Of a DNA stretch of 64,000 nt, positions 1-10,700 are shown piece by piece (position 1 is the first letter of the stretch; each line of letters opens with the position of its first letter). Made by a program: the position numbers and the translations under genes. The notes under the pieces were generated by a model, which worked only from the letters and a program-made list of their open reading frames with translations, made no database searches and was not told the origin of the DNA. This DNA comes from an uncultured Gemmatimonadales bacterium (lineage in GTDB: Bacteria; Gemmatimonadota; Gemmatimonadetes; Longimicrobiales; RSA9), in the NCBI GenBank assembly GCA_963798085.1, contig CAWCRS010000007.1, forward strand, positions 800,001 to 864,000. The letters run 5' to 3'.

Positions 1-765
1 GATGCCCTTCACACCCATGCTCATCTCGAAGCCGCCCGTAGCGTCCTGCGAATTGAACGGGAATACCGCGCCCGCAGCTGTGCGCATGCGCGCTTCGTAG
101 TGGTCGACGATCTGCGGGTAATGCGGTGAGCCCAGCTCCTCCTCGCCTTCCGCGGCTACCATGAGATTCACAGGCAGCTTGCCATCAACGGCAAGGATCG
201 ATGCGACGGCGTTCAGGAATGCGCGCTCCGGCCCCTTCTGGTTCGTCGCTCCGCGTGCTACGACCACGGTGCCCAGTGCATTGTCGACCAGCCGGGCTTC
301 GAAAGGAGGCAATGACCAGTCCTTCGGCTCGACCGGTTGCACGTCGTACATCATGTAGAGCAGCAGCGTCTTCGGTGCGCCCGCGTCGTAGAAGCCCCAC
401 ACACCGGGATGCCCGTCCGTGGGTACCAGCTCCGCTTCCTTGAAGCCGACGCCCTTCAGGTCGCTGCGCACCAGCTCCGCCATCTCGCGGATGCCGATGT
501 TCTGCGCGCTCACCGAAGGCTGCCGCAGCCAGCGCTGCAACTGCGCCACGTGCTCGTTCTGGTGCTTGTCAATGTAGTCGTAGATGGCCGCATGGTCCCC
601 CGCATACGGGGGAATCGCGGCCGCATCGAACTTCTCCTGCGTGGTGAACCGGAACCGGTCGCTCGGCCGGACCGGCAGTCCCGAGCCGCGCGCGGGATTC
701 TGCTGCAGCCGACAGGAGAAGGCGCAGCTCAGCAACAGCGCGAACAGCAGCACTCGCCGCTTCAT
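1..765 (-). CDS. M20/M25/M40 family metallopeptidase (5' part; runs off the window edge)
   Basis: Manual minus-strand translation from ATG at 765: signal peptide MKRRVLLFALLLSC, then LRQPSVSA, YMMYDVQP, ARGATNQKGP, an EEE motif and MGVKG. Absent from the ORF track because the stop lies outside the window. Confidence 0.8.
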   Translation of the reverse strand, partial: MKRRVLLFALLLSCAFSCRLQQNPARGSGLPVRPSDRFRFTTQEKFDAAAIPPYAGDHAAIYDYIDKHQNEHVAQLQRWLRQPSVSAQNIGIREMAELVRSDLKGVGFKEAELVPTDGHPGVWGFYDAGAPKTLLLYMMYDVQPVEPKDWSLPPFEARLVDNALGTVVVARGATNQKGPERAFLNAVASILAVDGKLPVNLMVAAEGEEELGSPHYPQIVDHYEARMRTAAGAVFPFNSQDATGGFEMSMGVKGI

Positions 766-842
766 TGCACGGCTCCGTCATGAGGGATCAGCAAGAATGC
801 GCGCAGCCCGGTCAGAGTGACAAGCACAGAACGGCCGAAATA

Positions 843-950
843 CGTTGCTGGCGCTGGTTGCTGGGCTGGTTGCTCGGGAACAGCTCGTACTGAAACGGAA
901 ACGGACGAACTGCGTTGCTGGGGCTGGTTGCTGGCGCTGGTTGCGCGGGA
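843..950 (-). repeat. Two inverted-orientation copies of the CCAGCAACCAGCCC repeat family
   Basis: GAACTGCGTTGCTGGGGCTGGTTGCTGGCGCTGGTTGC at about 907-944 is the reverse complement of the core of the 1115-1402 array; a shorter copy lies at about 843-875. Confidence 0.8.
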
Positions 951-1114
951 ACAGCGCGTACTGAGCAGAAACGGACCAACCATGTTACCGGGCCTGGTTG
1001 GTGGGAACGGGATATCTCGTAAACAACCGGTATTCAGCCGTGCCAACTACCAGTTACGTGTGAGACCATCCCACCGCCGAGCGCGCACGGTCATGGTCCG
1101 GAACGCTGTTCCTC

Positions 1115-1402
1115 GCCGTTGCCGTTCAATCCGTTCCCAGCAACCAGCCCTGGCAACCAGCCCCAGCAACGCAGTTCGCGTTTGCGGTTCGCGGTTGCCG
1201 TTCAATCCGTTCCCATCAACCAGCCCGAGCAACCAGCCCCAGCAACGCAGTTCGCGTTGGCGTTTGCCGTTGCCGTTCAATCCGTTTCCAGCAACCAGCC
1301 CGAGCAACCAGCCCCAGCAACGCAGTTCGCGTTGGCGTTTGCCGTTGCCGTTCAATCCGTTTCCAGCAACCAGCCCGAGCAACCAGCCCCAGCAACGCAG
1401 TT
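1115..1402 (+). repeat. Tandem array, 4 units of 75-76 bp
   Basis: GCCGTTCAATCCGTT recurs at 1121, 1197, 1272 and 1347, each followed by CAACCAGCCCnnGCAACCAGCCCCAGCAACGCAGTT. Confidence 0.95.
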
Positions 1403-1487
1403 GATCCGTTGACTCGGCCGCAGGGCCAGACACGCCGTCCCCACCCGGCCCTTGCGTTAGCCCGCCGCACGCCCGCCATTACCGCAC

Positions 1488-2171
1488 ATGAACCACACCC
1501 CGAACGGCCAGGCGATCGGGCTGGCGGAACTGTCGCCTTTTGCCGGGCTCACGGATGCGGCGCGCGCGTGTGTGCTTGCTGCGGGCGAGCAGCGGCGCTA
1601 CGCACCCGGGCAGTTTCTCTGGCGCGAAGGCGGGCAGGCAAACGGGCTGTTTGCCATCCTCGAGGGGCGGGTGCGCATGCTGCGCGTGCACCACGGCCGG
1701 CCGTACGTGGTGCACCACGAGGATGCCGGCAGCACGGTCGGCGAGCTGCCGCTGTTCGATGGCGGCGTCTACCCGGTCACGGCGCTGGCGGCCACGCGCG
1801 TGCGCTGTCTGTTCCTGCCGGAGGCGGCGCTGTGGCAGGCCATGGCGCTGGACCCGAACCTCGCGCGCGACCTGCTCGGCCGCCTCGCCCGCCGCATCCG
1901 CCAGCTGGTCGCACGCTTGCACGATGTTACGGTGGGCACGGTCCGCTCCCGTCTGGCGGCGCACCTGCTGGCGAGGGCCACGCTCACACAGGGTCGCGCG
2001 TTCACGCTCGCAGGCACACAGGCGCAGGTGGCGGAAGAGCTGGGGACGGTGCGCGAGGTGCTCGCGCGCGAGCTTGCGCGTTTGCGCGATGACGGTGTCA
2101 TCCGCTTCGCGGGTGGCGGCCGCTATGCCGTGCTGGACGAAGCGGCGCTCGAAGCGATCGCCGAAAGCTGA
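1488..2171 (+). CDS. Crp/Fnr family transcriptional regulator
   Basis: cNMP-binding domain (GELPLFDGGVYPVTA) and C-terminal HTH (TQAQVAEELGTVREVLAREL). Confidence 0.92.
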   Translation: MNHTPNGQAIGLAELSPFAGLTDAARACVLAAGEQRRYAPGQFLWREGGQANGLFAILEGRVRMLRVHHGRPYVVHHEDAGSTVGELPLFDGGVYPVTALAATRVRCLFLPEAALWQAMALDPNLARDLLGRLARRIRQLVARLHDVTVGTVRSRLAAHLLARATLTQGRAFTLAGTQAQVAEELGTVREVLARELARLRDDGVIRFAGGGRYAVLDEAALEAIAES

Positions 2172-2184
2172 GCGCGGCGCGTCG

Positions 2185-4839
2185 TCAGGGACGCGGGCGG
2201 GTGCGACGCGTGGCCGGCGCGGTCAGCGGATCGTCCGGCCAGAAGTGTCTGGGGTAGCGACCGCGCAGGTCCTTGCGCACCTCGAAGTAGCCCGTTCGCC
2301 AGAAGCTGGCGAGGTCGCGGGTGACCTGTACCGGGCGCTGCGCCGGCGAGAGCAGCCGCAGTGTCAGCGGCACGCGACCCTCCGCCAGGCGAGGCGTCTC
2401 CGTCCAGCCGAACACCTCCTGCAGTCGCACAGCGAGCACCGGCGCCGGGGCATCACTGTAGTCGATCGCAATGCGCGAGCCGCTGGGCACCGTCAGGTGC
2501 GTGGGCGCGAGCGTGTCCAGCAGGGCGCGCTGCTTCGGCGAAAGGCGAAGTGCCAGCGCCGCCGCCAGATCCACCCGCCGCAGCTCGTCCAGCGAGCGCC
2601 GGCCCGCCGCGAAGGGGCCCAGCCAGTCATCCAGCGTTGCTAACAGCGCGTCATCGGACAGATCGGGCCAGTCGCCATCCAGCGTACGCAGGAAGGCGAC
2701 CCGCGTACGCAGCGACCGGGCCGCTTCGCCGAACGGCAGGATCGCGCTGCCGGCGGCCCGCACGCCATCCAGCAGCGCGTGCGCGACCTCGCCGGGATCG
2801 GGCCGGGTCAGCGGCGCGTCGGCGAGCACGAGCGCGCCCAGCCGCTGCCGCCGGCGCGCGCGCACCCGCCCGCTGCGCGCGTGCCACGTCACCGTCTCCT
2901 CCACCGCGATCTGCCCCGCGAAATCCTGCTGCAGGTCCGCCGCATCCAGCGGCGCGGCCAGAAATATGGTGTTATCGCGGCCGTGGCCGCCCAGCTCCGC
3001 CGCTACGAGGAATGGCGCATCCGCCAGCGCACTGGCGACAGTCATTTGCGCGCCCTGCCCGCTGCGCAGCCGGAAGCGACCGCGTTCCTTCCTGCGCCGC
3101 TGCGCGATCCGGTCCGGGTACGCGAAGGCCAGCAGCCGTCCCGCCCATTCCGCCTGAACACCGGTGTCAGCATTTGCCCGCGCCTCGGCGGCGCCGCTGG
3201 CTGCGTGTGCCGCGCTGTCATTGCTGTCGCTTCGCGCATCCGCGTCCGGCAGCGCCCGCTGCACACGCTGCCACAGCTGCCTGGCCTCGGCGAGCACGCG
3301 TGTCACCCCGCCATGATCGACGGTCGCGCCGGCCGGCGCGTGGCTTGCGCCGCGTTCTCGCAGCCGCGCCGCGCGCAGCGCATCGAGACGCAGGCGCACA
3401 TCCGGGTCCGGCTCACCCTGTGCGGACCGCAGGATGTCCCGCTCACCGAGCAGCGCAGCGAGTTCGCAGGCCATGCCGGCGAGACCGAGCGGAAGTGCGC
3501 GCACGATCATGTGCGCGAGGCGGGGATGCGCGGGCAGACGCGCGAGCACCCGCCCGTGTGCGGTCAGCTGGTCGTGTGCGTCGAGCGCCTCCAGCTCGCG
3601 CAGCAGCTCTCTCGCCTGCGCGAACGCCGCGGCCGGTGGCGGGTCCAGCCAGTCCAGTTCGGCAGGATCAGTCACGCCCCATGCGGCCAGCTCGAGCGCG
3701 AGCGTGGCCAGATCCGCTTCCAGGATTTCCGGCGAGCAATGCGCGACGAGGCCGGCTTCGTCGCCCTCGGACCACAGACGGTAGCAGGTACCGGGCGCAG
3801 TGCGGCCCGCGCGCCCGCGGCGCTGGTCCGCCGCATCACGCGTCACCCGCATCGTATCCAGCCGCGTCATGCCGGTACGCGCCGAGAAGCGCGGCACACG
3901 CATGAGTCCACCGTCGATCACGACGCGCACACCCTCGATGGTGAGGCTGGTTTCAGCGATCGACGTGGCCAGCACGATCCTGCGCTCACCGCTCACGCCG
4001 GGCGCAAGAGCGCGCCGCTGTTCCTCGCGCGGCAGGTCGCCGTACAGCGGCAGCACGCGCGTGCCCGGTTGCAGCAGCGGGGCCAGCCGCTCCGCCGTGC
4101 GCCGGATCTCGCCCGCGCCGGGCAGGAATACGAGCAGGTCGCCCGTGCTCTCCGGCAGGGCCCTGAACACGGCGTTAGCCGCGGCCTCTTCGATGCGCGC
4201 CGTGCGCGCACGAGGCAGCCAGTGCGTCGTGACCGGCCAGCTGCGACCATGGCTGCGCAGCACGGGCGCTTCCGTGGAGACGGCAGCCGGAACGGCATTG
4301 TCGCCCGCTCCTGACATGCTGTTAGACAGCAGCGCACTTACGGCCAGTCCATCCAGGGTGGCCGACATGACGAGGATGCGCAGGTCCGGACGCAGCAGCC
4401 GCCGGGCGTGCAGGCAGAGCGCCAGGCCCAGGTCCGCGTGCAGACTCCGCTCGTGGAATTCGTCGAAGATGACGGCCCCCACGCCGTCCAGACCTGGATC
4501 GCGCTGTAGCAGCCGCGTCAGCACGCCCTCGGTGACCACCTCGAGCCGCGTGCGTGATCCCACGCGCGTGTCGAAACGGGTGCGGTACCCGACGACATTG
4601 CCCACCGCCTCAGCGCGCTGCTCCGCCATGTATTCGGCTGCGGCCCGCGCCGCCAGCCGACGCGGCTCCAGCATGAGAATGCGCCGGCCCGCGAGCCATG
4701 GTTCATCGAGCAGCGCCAGCGGCACGCGCGTGGTCTTGCCCGCGCCAGGTGGCGCTTCGATCACCAGGCTGGCATACTCGCGCAGCGCCGCGCGCAGGTC
4801 CGGCAGGAGCGCGTCGATCGGCAGCGTCGTCACGCGCAT
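2185..4839 (-). CDS. hrpB: ATP-dependent helicase HrpB
   Basis: APPGAGKTT, DEFHERS, MSAT, ATSIAETSLTI, QRRGRAGR and the HrpB C-terminus (LLSPAQRPVQVT...YPRHFWPDDP). Confidence 0.95.
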   Translation of the reverse strand: MRVTTLPIDALLPDLRAALREYASLVIEAPPGAGKTTRVPLALLDEPWLAGRRILMLEPRRLAARAAAEYMAEQRAEAVGNVVGYRTRFDTRVGSRTRLEVVTEGVLTRLLQRDPGLDGVGAVIFDEFHERSLHADLGLALCLHARRLLRPDLRILVMSATLDGLAVSALLSNSMSGAGDNAVPAAVSTEAPVLRSHGRSWPVTTHWLPRARTARIEEAAANAVFRALPESTGDLLVFLPGAGEIRRTAERLAPLLQPGTRVLPLYGDLPREEQRRALAPGVSGERRIVLATSIAETSLTIEGVRVVIDGGLMRVPRFSARTGMTRLDTMRVTRDAADQRRGRAGRTAPGTCYRLWSEGDEAGLVAHCSPEILEADLATLALELAAWGVTDPAELDWLDPPPAAAFAQARELLRELEALDAHDQLTAHGRVLARLPAHPRLAHMIVRALPLGLAGMACELAALLGERDILRSAQGEPDPDVRLRLDALRAARLRERGASHAPAGATVDHGGVTRVLAEARQLWQRVQRALPDADARSDSNDSAAHAASGAAEARANADTGVQAEWAGRLLAFAYPDRIAQRRRKERGRFRLRSGQGAQMTVASALADAPFLVAAELGGHGRDNTIFLAAPLDAADLQQDFAGQIAVEETVTWHARSGRVRARRRQRLGALVLADAPLTRPDPGEVAHALLDGVRAAGSAILPFGEAARSLRTRVAFLRTLDGDWPDLSDDALLATLDDWLGPFAAGRRSLDELRRVDLAAALALRLSPKQRALLDTLAPTHLTVPSGSRIAIDYSDAPAPVLAVRLQEVFGWTETPRLAEGRVPLTLRLLSPAQRPVQVTRDLASFWRTGYFEVRKDLRGRYPRHFWPDDPLTAPATRRTRPRP

Positions 4840-5116
4840 GGATACCCCGGCACGCACTATCCTGCGCAGGTGTGGCGGTTGCCCACTGCAACCCGGAACG
4901 GACTTGCGGGATTCTCAGGCTACGGTTTTTCCAGTAGAACGGCCTGTTGGGAAGCCGCATGGCAACGTCACCGGCGACACCAGTGCAGGACATCGTGGGG
5001 GCTGCACGTTGATATGACTGGAGCCGGCGCCGCCTTTCCGTTAGCATGGGACGCCCGGCCGGGCCGCCGTCGCAGGGTGGCAATGGCAGGACGAATCAGC
5101 AAACCGGGAAGGGTTC

Positions 5117-7429
5117 ATGGCGCTGTGGCTGGCGCTCTCGCTGGCATTGCAGGCACAGGGGCAGGCCGCGGATCCACCACGCGATGTGCCGGGGCATGGC
5201 CGTCCCACGGTCGTGGTCCCGCGCATCGACGCGAGTGTGCGTGTGGACGGCTCGCTGGACGAGCCCGCCTGGGCCGAGGCCGTGCGCCTCACCGGCTTCT
5301 CGCAATACGAGCCAGTGGACGGCCGCCCCGCCGAAGAGCGCACTCAGGTGCGCGTCTGGTACTCCGCGGATGCCATCTACTTCGGCATCGAAGCCTTCGA
5401 TCACGATGCCGCATCCATCCGCGCCACCAATGCCGATCGCGACAACATCGACAGCGACGATCACGTCACCATCTACCTCGATACCTTCAACGATCGGCGG
5501 CGCGCCTTCTTTTTCGCAGTGAACCCGCTGGGCGTGCAGCAGGATGGCGTGCGCAGCGAGGGCGCGATGTCGCCCGGCATGATGTTCGGCGGCAACATCG
5601 ACAAGAATCCGGACTTCTTCTACCAGTCGCACGGGCGGGTCACGGACGACGGCTACGTCGTCGAGGTGCGCATTCCCTTCAAGAGTCTGCGCTATTCCGG
5701 CAACGGTCCACAGGATTGGGGCATCAATATCCAGAGGGACATCAAGCGCACCGGCTATACGGACACGTGGACGGACGTACGTCGCGCCAGCAACAGCTTC
5801 CTGCTCCAGGCCGGCACGCTCACCGGCCTGCACGACCTGCATCGCGGCGTGGTTGTGGAAGCGCAGCCGTTCATTACCGCCACAGCCAATGGCCAGCGCG
5901 CCGATTTCGGTCAGCCCTTCGCGCGCGAGAGCGTGAATCCGGATGCGGGCCTCAACCTGCGTCTCGGTTTCACCAACCTCTCGCTGGACGCGACCGCGAA
6001 CCCCGATTTCAGTCAGGTGGAAAGCGACGTGGGCCAGGTCACGGCCAACGAGCGGTTCGCCCTGTTCTTTCCCGAGAAGCGACCGTTCTTCCTCGAGAAC
6101 ATCGATCTCTTCTCCGCGCCCAATCAACTGGTGTACACGCGCCAGATCGCGAATCCGCGCGCGGGCGCGAAGCTGACCGGCAAGCTGGGCGCGGTCGGTA
6201 TCGCGCACCTGACTGCGCTGGATCAGGGCAATGGCGGCGCGCGCGACGCGCTGTTCAATGTCACCCGCCTGCGTCGCGATTTCGGCGCCGGCTCCGTGGC
6301 CGGCATCGTGTTCACGGACCGCAGCGTGATGGAGGGTCCGGGCTTCAATCGTGTGCTCGCTGCGGATGCGCGCCTGACGTTTGCGAAGCTCTACTTCTTC
6401 CAGGCGCAAGCGGGCGAATCGTGGACGCGCGACACCGCAGCGGTCGCGACGCCCACGCTCAGCTCTCCCATTCGGCATTTCGAAGTGGATCGCACGGGTC
6501 GCGCGTTCGGCTTCAACTACCAGGTCAACGGCGTGGGCTCCGACTTCCAGGCGGCCAGCGGCTTCGTGAATCGCAACGACGTCGTCAATGTGCACGGCTT
6601 CAACCGCTTCACGTTCTACGGCGCGCGCGGCGCAGCCATTGAGAGCTTCACCGCGTTCTTCGGGCCCTCGCGTATCTGGCGCTACGGCGAGTTCACGGAT
6701 GGCGCGGCCATCGAGGGCGGCGAATCCGTGTCAGCCATGGTGCGGCTGCGCGGCGGCTGGCAGAGCAACCTCAACATTGCGCGCAATTTCGTCACGCTGG
6801 AACAGAGTTCGTACGGATCGTATGCGACGACGGGGGCTTCAGGTCTTCAGCCCTATCTTCCACTCGACCGCGTGTCCGGACCTTCCGTGAAGCTCGACTT
6901 CACCACGCCCACGTTCCGCCGCTTCGGCGCCACGGCGTCGGTGCAGCACGCCCGCAATGCGCTGTTTGCCGAGGGCAGCGCTGGCGATGCGCTGAGCCTC
7001 GCCGGCACACTCACGCTGCGCCCCACGGAATCGCTGCGCCTCGAGCTGCGCGAGACCTGGCAGCGGCTCACTCGCGCACGCGACGGCTCCGAGTTCTCCA
7101 GCACGAGCATTCCGCGCATCAAGGCGGAGTACCAGCCCAGCCGCCCGCTCTTCTTCCGCGCGGTCGCCGAGTACCGGTCCGAGAACCACGATGCGCTGCT
7201 GGACGCGCGCACCGGCCAGCCGCTCTTCGTCGACGGCGCACAGAGCGTGGCCGGTCGCACCGCCGGCCTGCGCATGGACCTGCTCGCGTCCTTCGAGCCC
7301 ACGCCGGGCACCGTCGCGTTCCTCGGCTACGGCAGTTCGCTGGCCACGCCCGGCACGCTCGACCCAGCCGACCTCGAACGCACCACCGATGGATTTTTCA
7401 TCAAGCTGGCCTATCAGCTGAGACGCTGA
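5117..7429 (+). CDS. Secreted carbohydrate-binding family 9-like / DUF5916 outer-membrane protein
   Basis: Signal peptide, DGSLDEPAW, EVRIPFKSLRY, NPDFSQVESD, FFPEKRPFFLE, and a beta-barrel-like C-terminus (FFIKLAYQL). Confidence 0.8.
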   Translation: MALWLALSLALQAQGQAADPPRDVPGHGRPTVVVPRIDASVRVDGSLDEPAWAEAVRLTGFSQYEPVDGRPAEERTQVRVWYSADAIYFGIEAFDHDAASIRATNADRDNIDSDDHVTIYLDTFNDRRRAFFFAVNPLGVQQDGVRSEGAMSPGMMFGGNIDKNPDFFYQSHGRVTDDGYVVEVRIPFKSLRYSGNGPQDWGINIQRDIKRTGYTDTWTDVRRASNSFLLQAGTLTGLHDLHRGVVVEAQPFITATANGQRADFGQPFARESVNPDAGLNLRLGFTNLSLDATANPDFSQVESDVGQVTANERFALFFPEKRPFFLENIDLFSAPNQLVYTRQIANPRAGAKLTGKLGAVGIAHLTALDQGNGGARDALFNVTRLRRDFGAGSVAGIVFTDRSVMEGPGFNRVLAADARLTFAKLYFFQAQAGESWTRDTAAVATPTLSSPIRHFEVDRTGRAFGFNYQVNGVGSDFQAASGFVNRNDVVNVHGFNRFTFYGARGAAIESFTAFFGPSRIWRYGEFTDGAAIEGGESVSAMVRLRGGWQSNLNIARNFVTLEQSSYGSYATTGASGLQPYLPLDRVSGPSVKLDFTTPTFRRFGATASVQHARNALFAEGSAGDALSLAGTLTLRPTESLRLELRETWQRLTRARDGSEFSSTSIPRIKAEYQPSRPLFFRAVAEYRSENHDALLDARTGQPLFVDGAQSVAGRTAGLRMDLLASFEPTPGTVAFLGYGSSLATPGTLDPADLERTTDGFFIKLAYQLRR

Positions 7430-7510
7430 CGCGGGTCAGAGGCGTTCGAAAGCTTTCCTTCCGCGCCGCCCAGACATGGGAATTCAGGGGTTTGGGACAG
7501 CAAGGGGCAC

Positions 7511-7635
7511 CGGACCGTCTTGGCGTTCTTGGCTTACGCCACGTCCGGCCATGGAAGCCCTCCCACTTCCCCTGTAGCCCCCTGCAGCCCGATATAGCGC
7601 GAGCCGCCACAAGCCAAGAACGCCAAGACGGTCCG
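7511..7635. repeat. Perfect 25-bp inverted repeat with a 75-bp spacer
   Basis: CGGACCGTCTTGGCGTTCTTGGCTT (7511-7535) and AAGCCAAGAACGCCAAGACGGTCCG (7611-7635). Confidence 0.9.
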
Positions 7636-7700
7636 AAACCCCCCGCCCACGACCCGCGTACGGGCATGATGTCGCCGAGTTCCCCCACGGAGGAGCGGTC

Positions 7701-10700
7701 ATGTCCGTGACCCCATCCGATCTCCCGGCTCCCGACGCCGACGACTTCGCCCCTGACGCACCAGGCGACCCGCTGGCGGCCCGAGCCGCGCCTGCGCCCG
7801 CCGAGACCGGCGCCGGCCATGGCCCGGATGCACCCGTGCCCCACGCCGACACGGCAGACTCGACGACCCGCGCCGCCGCGAACACGCCGGTAGACGAAGC
7901 CGCAACGGTCGAACCGGCGTCATCGATCGATGCGAACACACCGGTAGACGAAGCGTACATTTCCGCGGACACGGCGGGCGCATCGGACGCATCCTCGTCT
8001 GACGTGATTGCCGCCGCCCGGAGAGACGCAGCCGAAAAAGGCTTCAGCAAGCCCTCCGCCAGCGATCGGCCTCGCCCGCCTCGCCCGCCGTTCCTGCGGC
8101 GTGCGCGTGCGGCCACGGCCCGGCGGGTTCGCGCGCTGGCGAGCCGGCGCACGCTGTATGTGGTGCTGCCCATCGTCATCATCATGGGCACCGCCTGGCA
8201 ACGCTGCGGGATTCGCGGCTGCCCCAACGTTTCGCGCCTCGCGTCCTATCAGCCGGGCGGCGCCTCCGTGCTGCTGGATCGCACAGGCGAGCGCTTTGCC
8301 GACCTCGGGCCCGTCGATCACACGGTCATCGACATCCGCACCCTGCCGGCCTACGTGCCGGAAGCGTTCGTCGCGGTCGAGGACAAGCGCTTCTATCATC
8401 ATCACGGCGTGGACTGGCGTCGCGTCTTCGGTGCGGCGCTGGCCAATCTGCGCGCGCACCATGCGGTGCAGGGCTCGAGCACCATCACCATGCAGCTCTC
8501 GCGCAATCTCTTTCCCGAACGCATCCGCGCTGCGGACCGCACGCTGCGACGCAAGCTGCTCGAGGTGCGCGTAGCCAGGGACATCGAGCATCACTTCACC
8601 AAGCCGCAGATCCTGCAGCTCTACCTGAATCACATCTACTTCGGCGCGGGTGCGTACGGCATCGAGGCGGCGGCGAGGCAGTATTTCGGCAAGTCGGCGA
8701 AGGACCTGACCGTCGAGCAGGCCGCGGTGCTGGCGGCGCTGCCCAAGGCGCCCAGCGCCTACGACCCCCGCCACTACGCGGACCGCGCGCGCGACCGCCG
8801 CGATCTCGTACTCGGGCTCATGGCGCAGCAGGGCTACCTGACGGCGGCCGCCTCGGCGAAGGCGAAGTCGACAGCGGTGCGGCTCGGCTCGCCGCGCGCC
8901 GCTCGCCAGCCCGAGGAGCGCGCCGCCTGGTTCGCGCAGGCGGTTCGCGATCTGCTCGAAGATCAGCTGGGCGAAGATCTGTACAGCCGGCCGCTCCGCA
9001 TCACCACGACGCTGGACCTGCGCGCGCAGCGCGCGGCGGAGGAAGAGCTGGAGGCACAGATCCGGCGCGTCGAGGGTGGCGCGTACGGTGTGTTCCAGGG
9101 TCCGCGCATGCGTGACTACACAGCGGGCGGCGCGACGGACTACCTGCAGGGCGCCGTCGTCGTGATGGCCAACAACACGGGCGATGTGCTGGCCATGGTT
9201 GGGGGCCGCGATGCGCGCCAGTCCTCCTTCAATCGCGCGACGCAGGCACGCCGTCAGGCGGGCAGCGCCTTCAAGCCGTTCGTGTACGCCACCGCACTGG
9301 GTCGCGGCTGGTCGCCGGCGCAGCTGCTGGATGATTCGCCGTACCGCCTGGTCAGCGATGGCAAGGCGTGGGAGCCCAGCAATTTCGACGGCGAATTCGA
9401 GGGTCCGGTATCGCTGCGCGATGCGCTGGTCTTCTCGCGCAACGTGCCCACCATTCGCCTGGCCAGTCGTGTGGGCGAGCACAACGTCGCACGTCTGGCG
9501 CACGCCGCGGGCATTCGCGCGGATCTGCGTGAGACGCCCATGATCGCGCTGGGCATTGCGGAGGTGAGCCCGCTCGAGCTGACGACCGCATACACGGCGT
9601 TCTCCGGCCAGGGCACTGCCGCAACACCGCGTTTGGTGCTGCGCGTCGAGGATCCCGATGGCAAGGTGTTGTGGCAGCCGCCCGTCGAGAAGCACCGCGT
9701 GCTCGATCCCGGCGTGGCGTACATGATGACGGACCTGCTGCGCGACGCCGTGGATCGCGGAACCGGACGCAGCGTGCGCTATGCCGGCTACCGCGGACTG
9801 GCCGCGGGCAAGACCGGCACCACGAATGAGGGCGCCGACACGTGGTTCGTCGGCTACACGTCGCAGGTTACCGCCGGCATCTGGGTGGGATTCGACAAGC
9901 CCCGCCCTATCGCCGAGCACGCCAGTGGCGGCGCCGTGGCCGGGTACGCCTGGGGCCGCATGATGTCGCGCATCGCCTCGTGGGCGGGCGGCTCGCCGTG
10001 GCGCGCGCCCGAGCGCGTGGTGCAGGTGGCGGTGGACCCGGAAACCGGTCTCGCGCTGGAGGAAGGCTGCGAGCCGCGCGCGGGCCAGCCGCACCGCGAA
10101 TACTTCCTGCGCGACAGGACACCGCGACAGACCTGCCCGGAGCGCGCGGACCCGCCGCGGTCCGGCCCTTCATGGGCGCAACGGATCGTGGCGTGGGCTG
10201 GCAGCCTGCTGGACCATCACCGGGACAATGGCGATGGGCGTCTCGCGGCGCGCGCGAAGCGGCGCATGGACGATCCGCTGCTGGCGCAGCCGCGCATCGC
10301 GGCTGCGGAGCCTGCCGAGACGGAAGAAGCGCCGGAGCCGGAGCCCGCGGAAATTCACGTGCCGCCGGAGAGCGAGTGGGGCGCGCCCGTGTGGCCGGGT
10401 GCGCAAAGCAGGTCGCGGCCCGCCGACGCCGAATGGTCGAACGATGTGGCCCGTGCGCTGGAGCGGGCGCTGGACCAGCATCGTCGCGAGGAGCAGCACG
10501 CCATCGACTGGCTGCAGCAGCGCGCGGACGAGCTGAACGACCAGCTGCGCGACACAAAGGACGAGCGCCTGCACGCATTGCTGGATCAGGCGAGGCGCTC
10601 GCTGGACGAAGTGCGGCGCGCCAGCCGGCACTCTCAACGCCAGCGCCTGCAGCTGTGGCTGGATCAGGCCGCGCAGGAACTGCGCAGGCAGCAGCGCGCG

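Noticed and set aside
1115..1402. CRISPR array
   Set aside because: Units are near-identical along their whole length with no unique spacers, and no cas genes were recognised in the window.
817..1433. ORFs with 25-aa repeats (817-1404, 1047-1433, 1119-1412)
   Set aside because: By-product of a 75-bp unit that is open in several frames on both strands; the same DNA motif occurs in other intergenic gaps.
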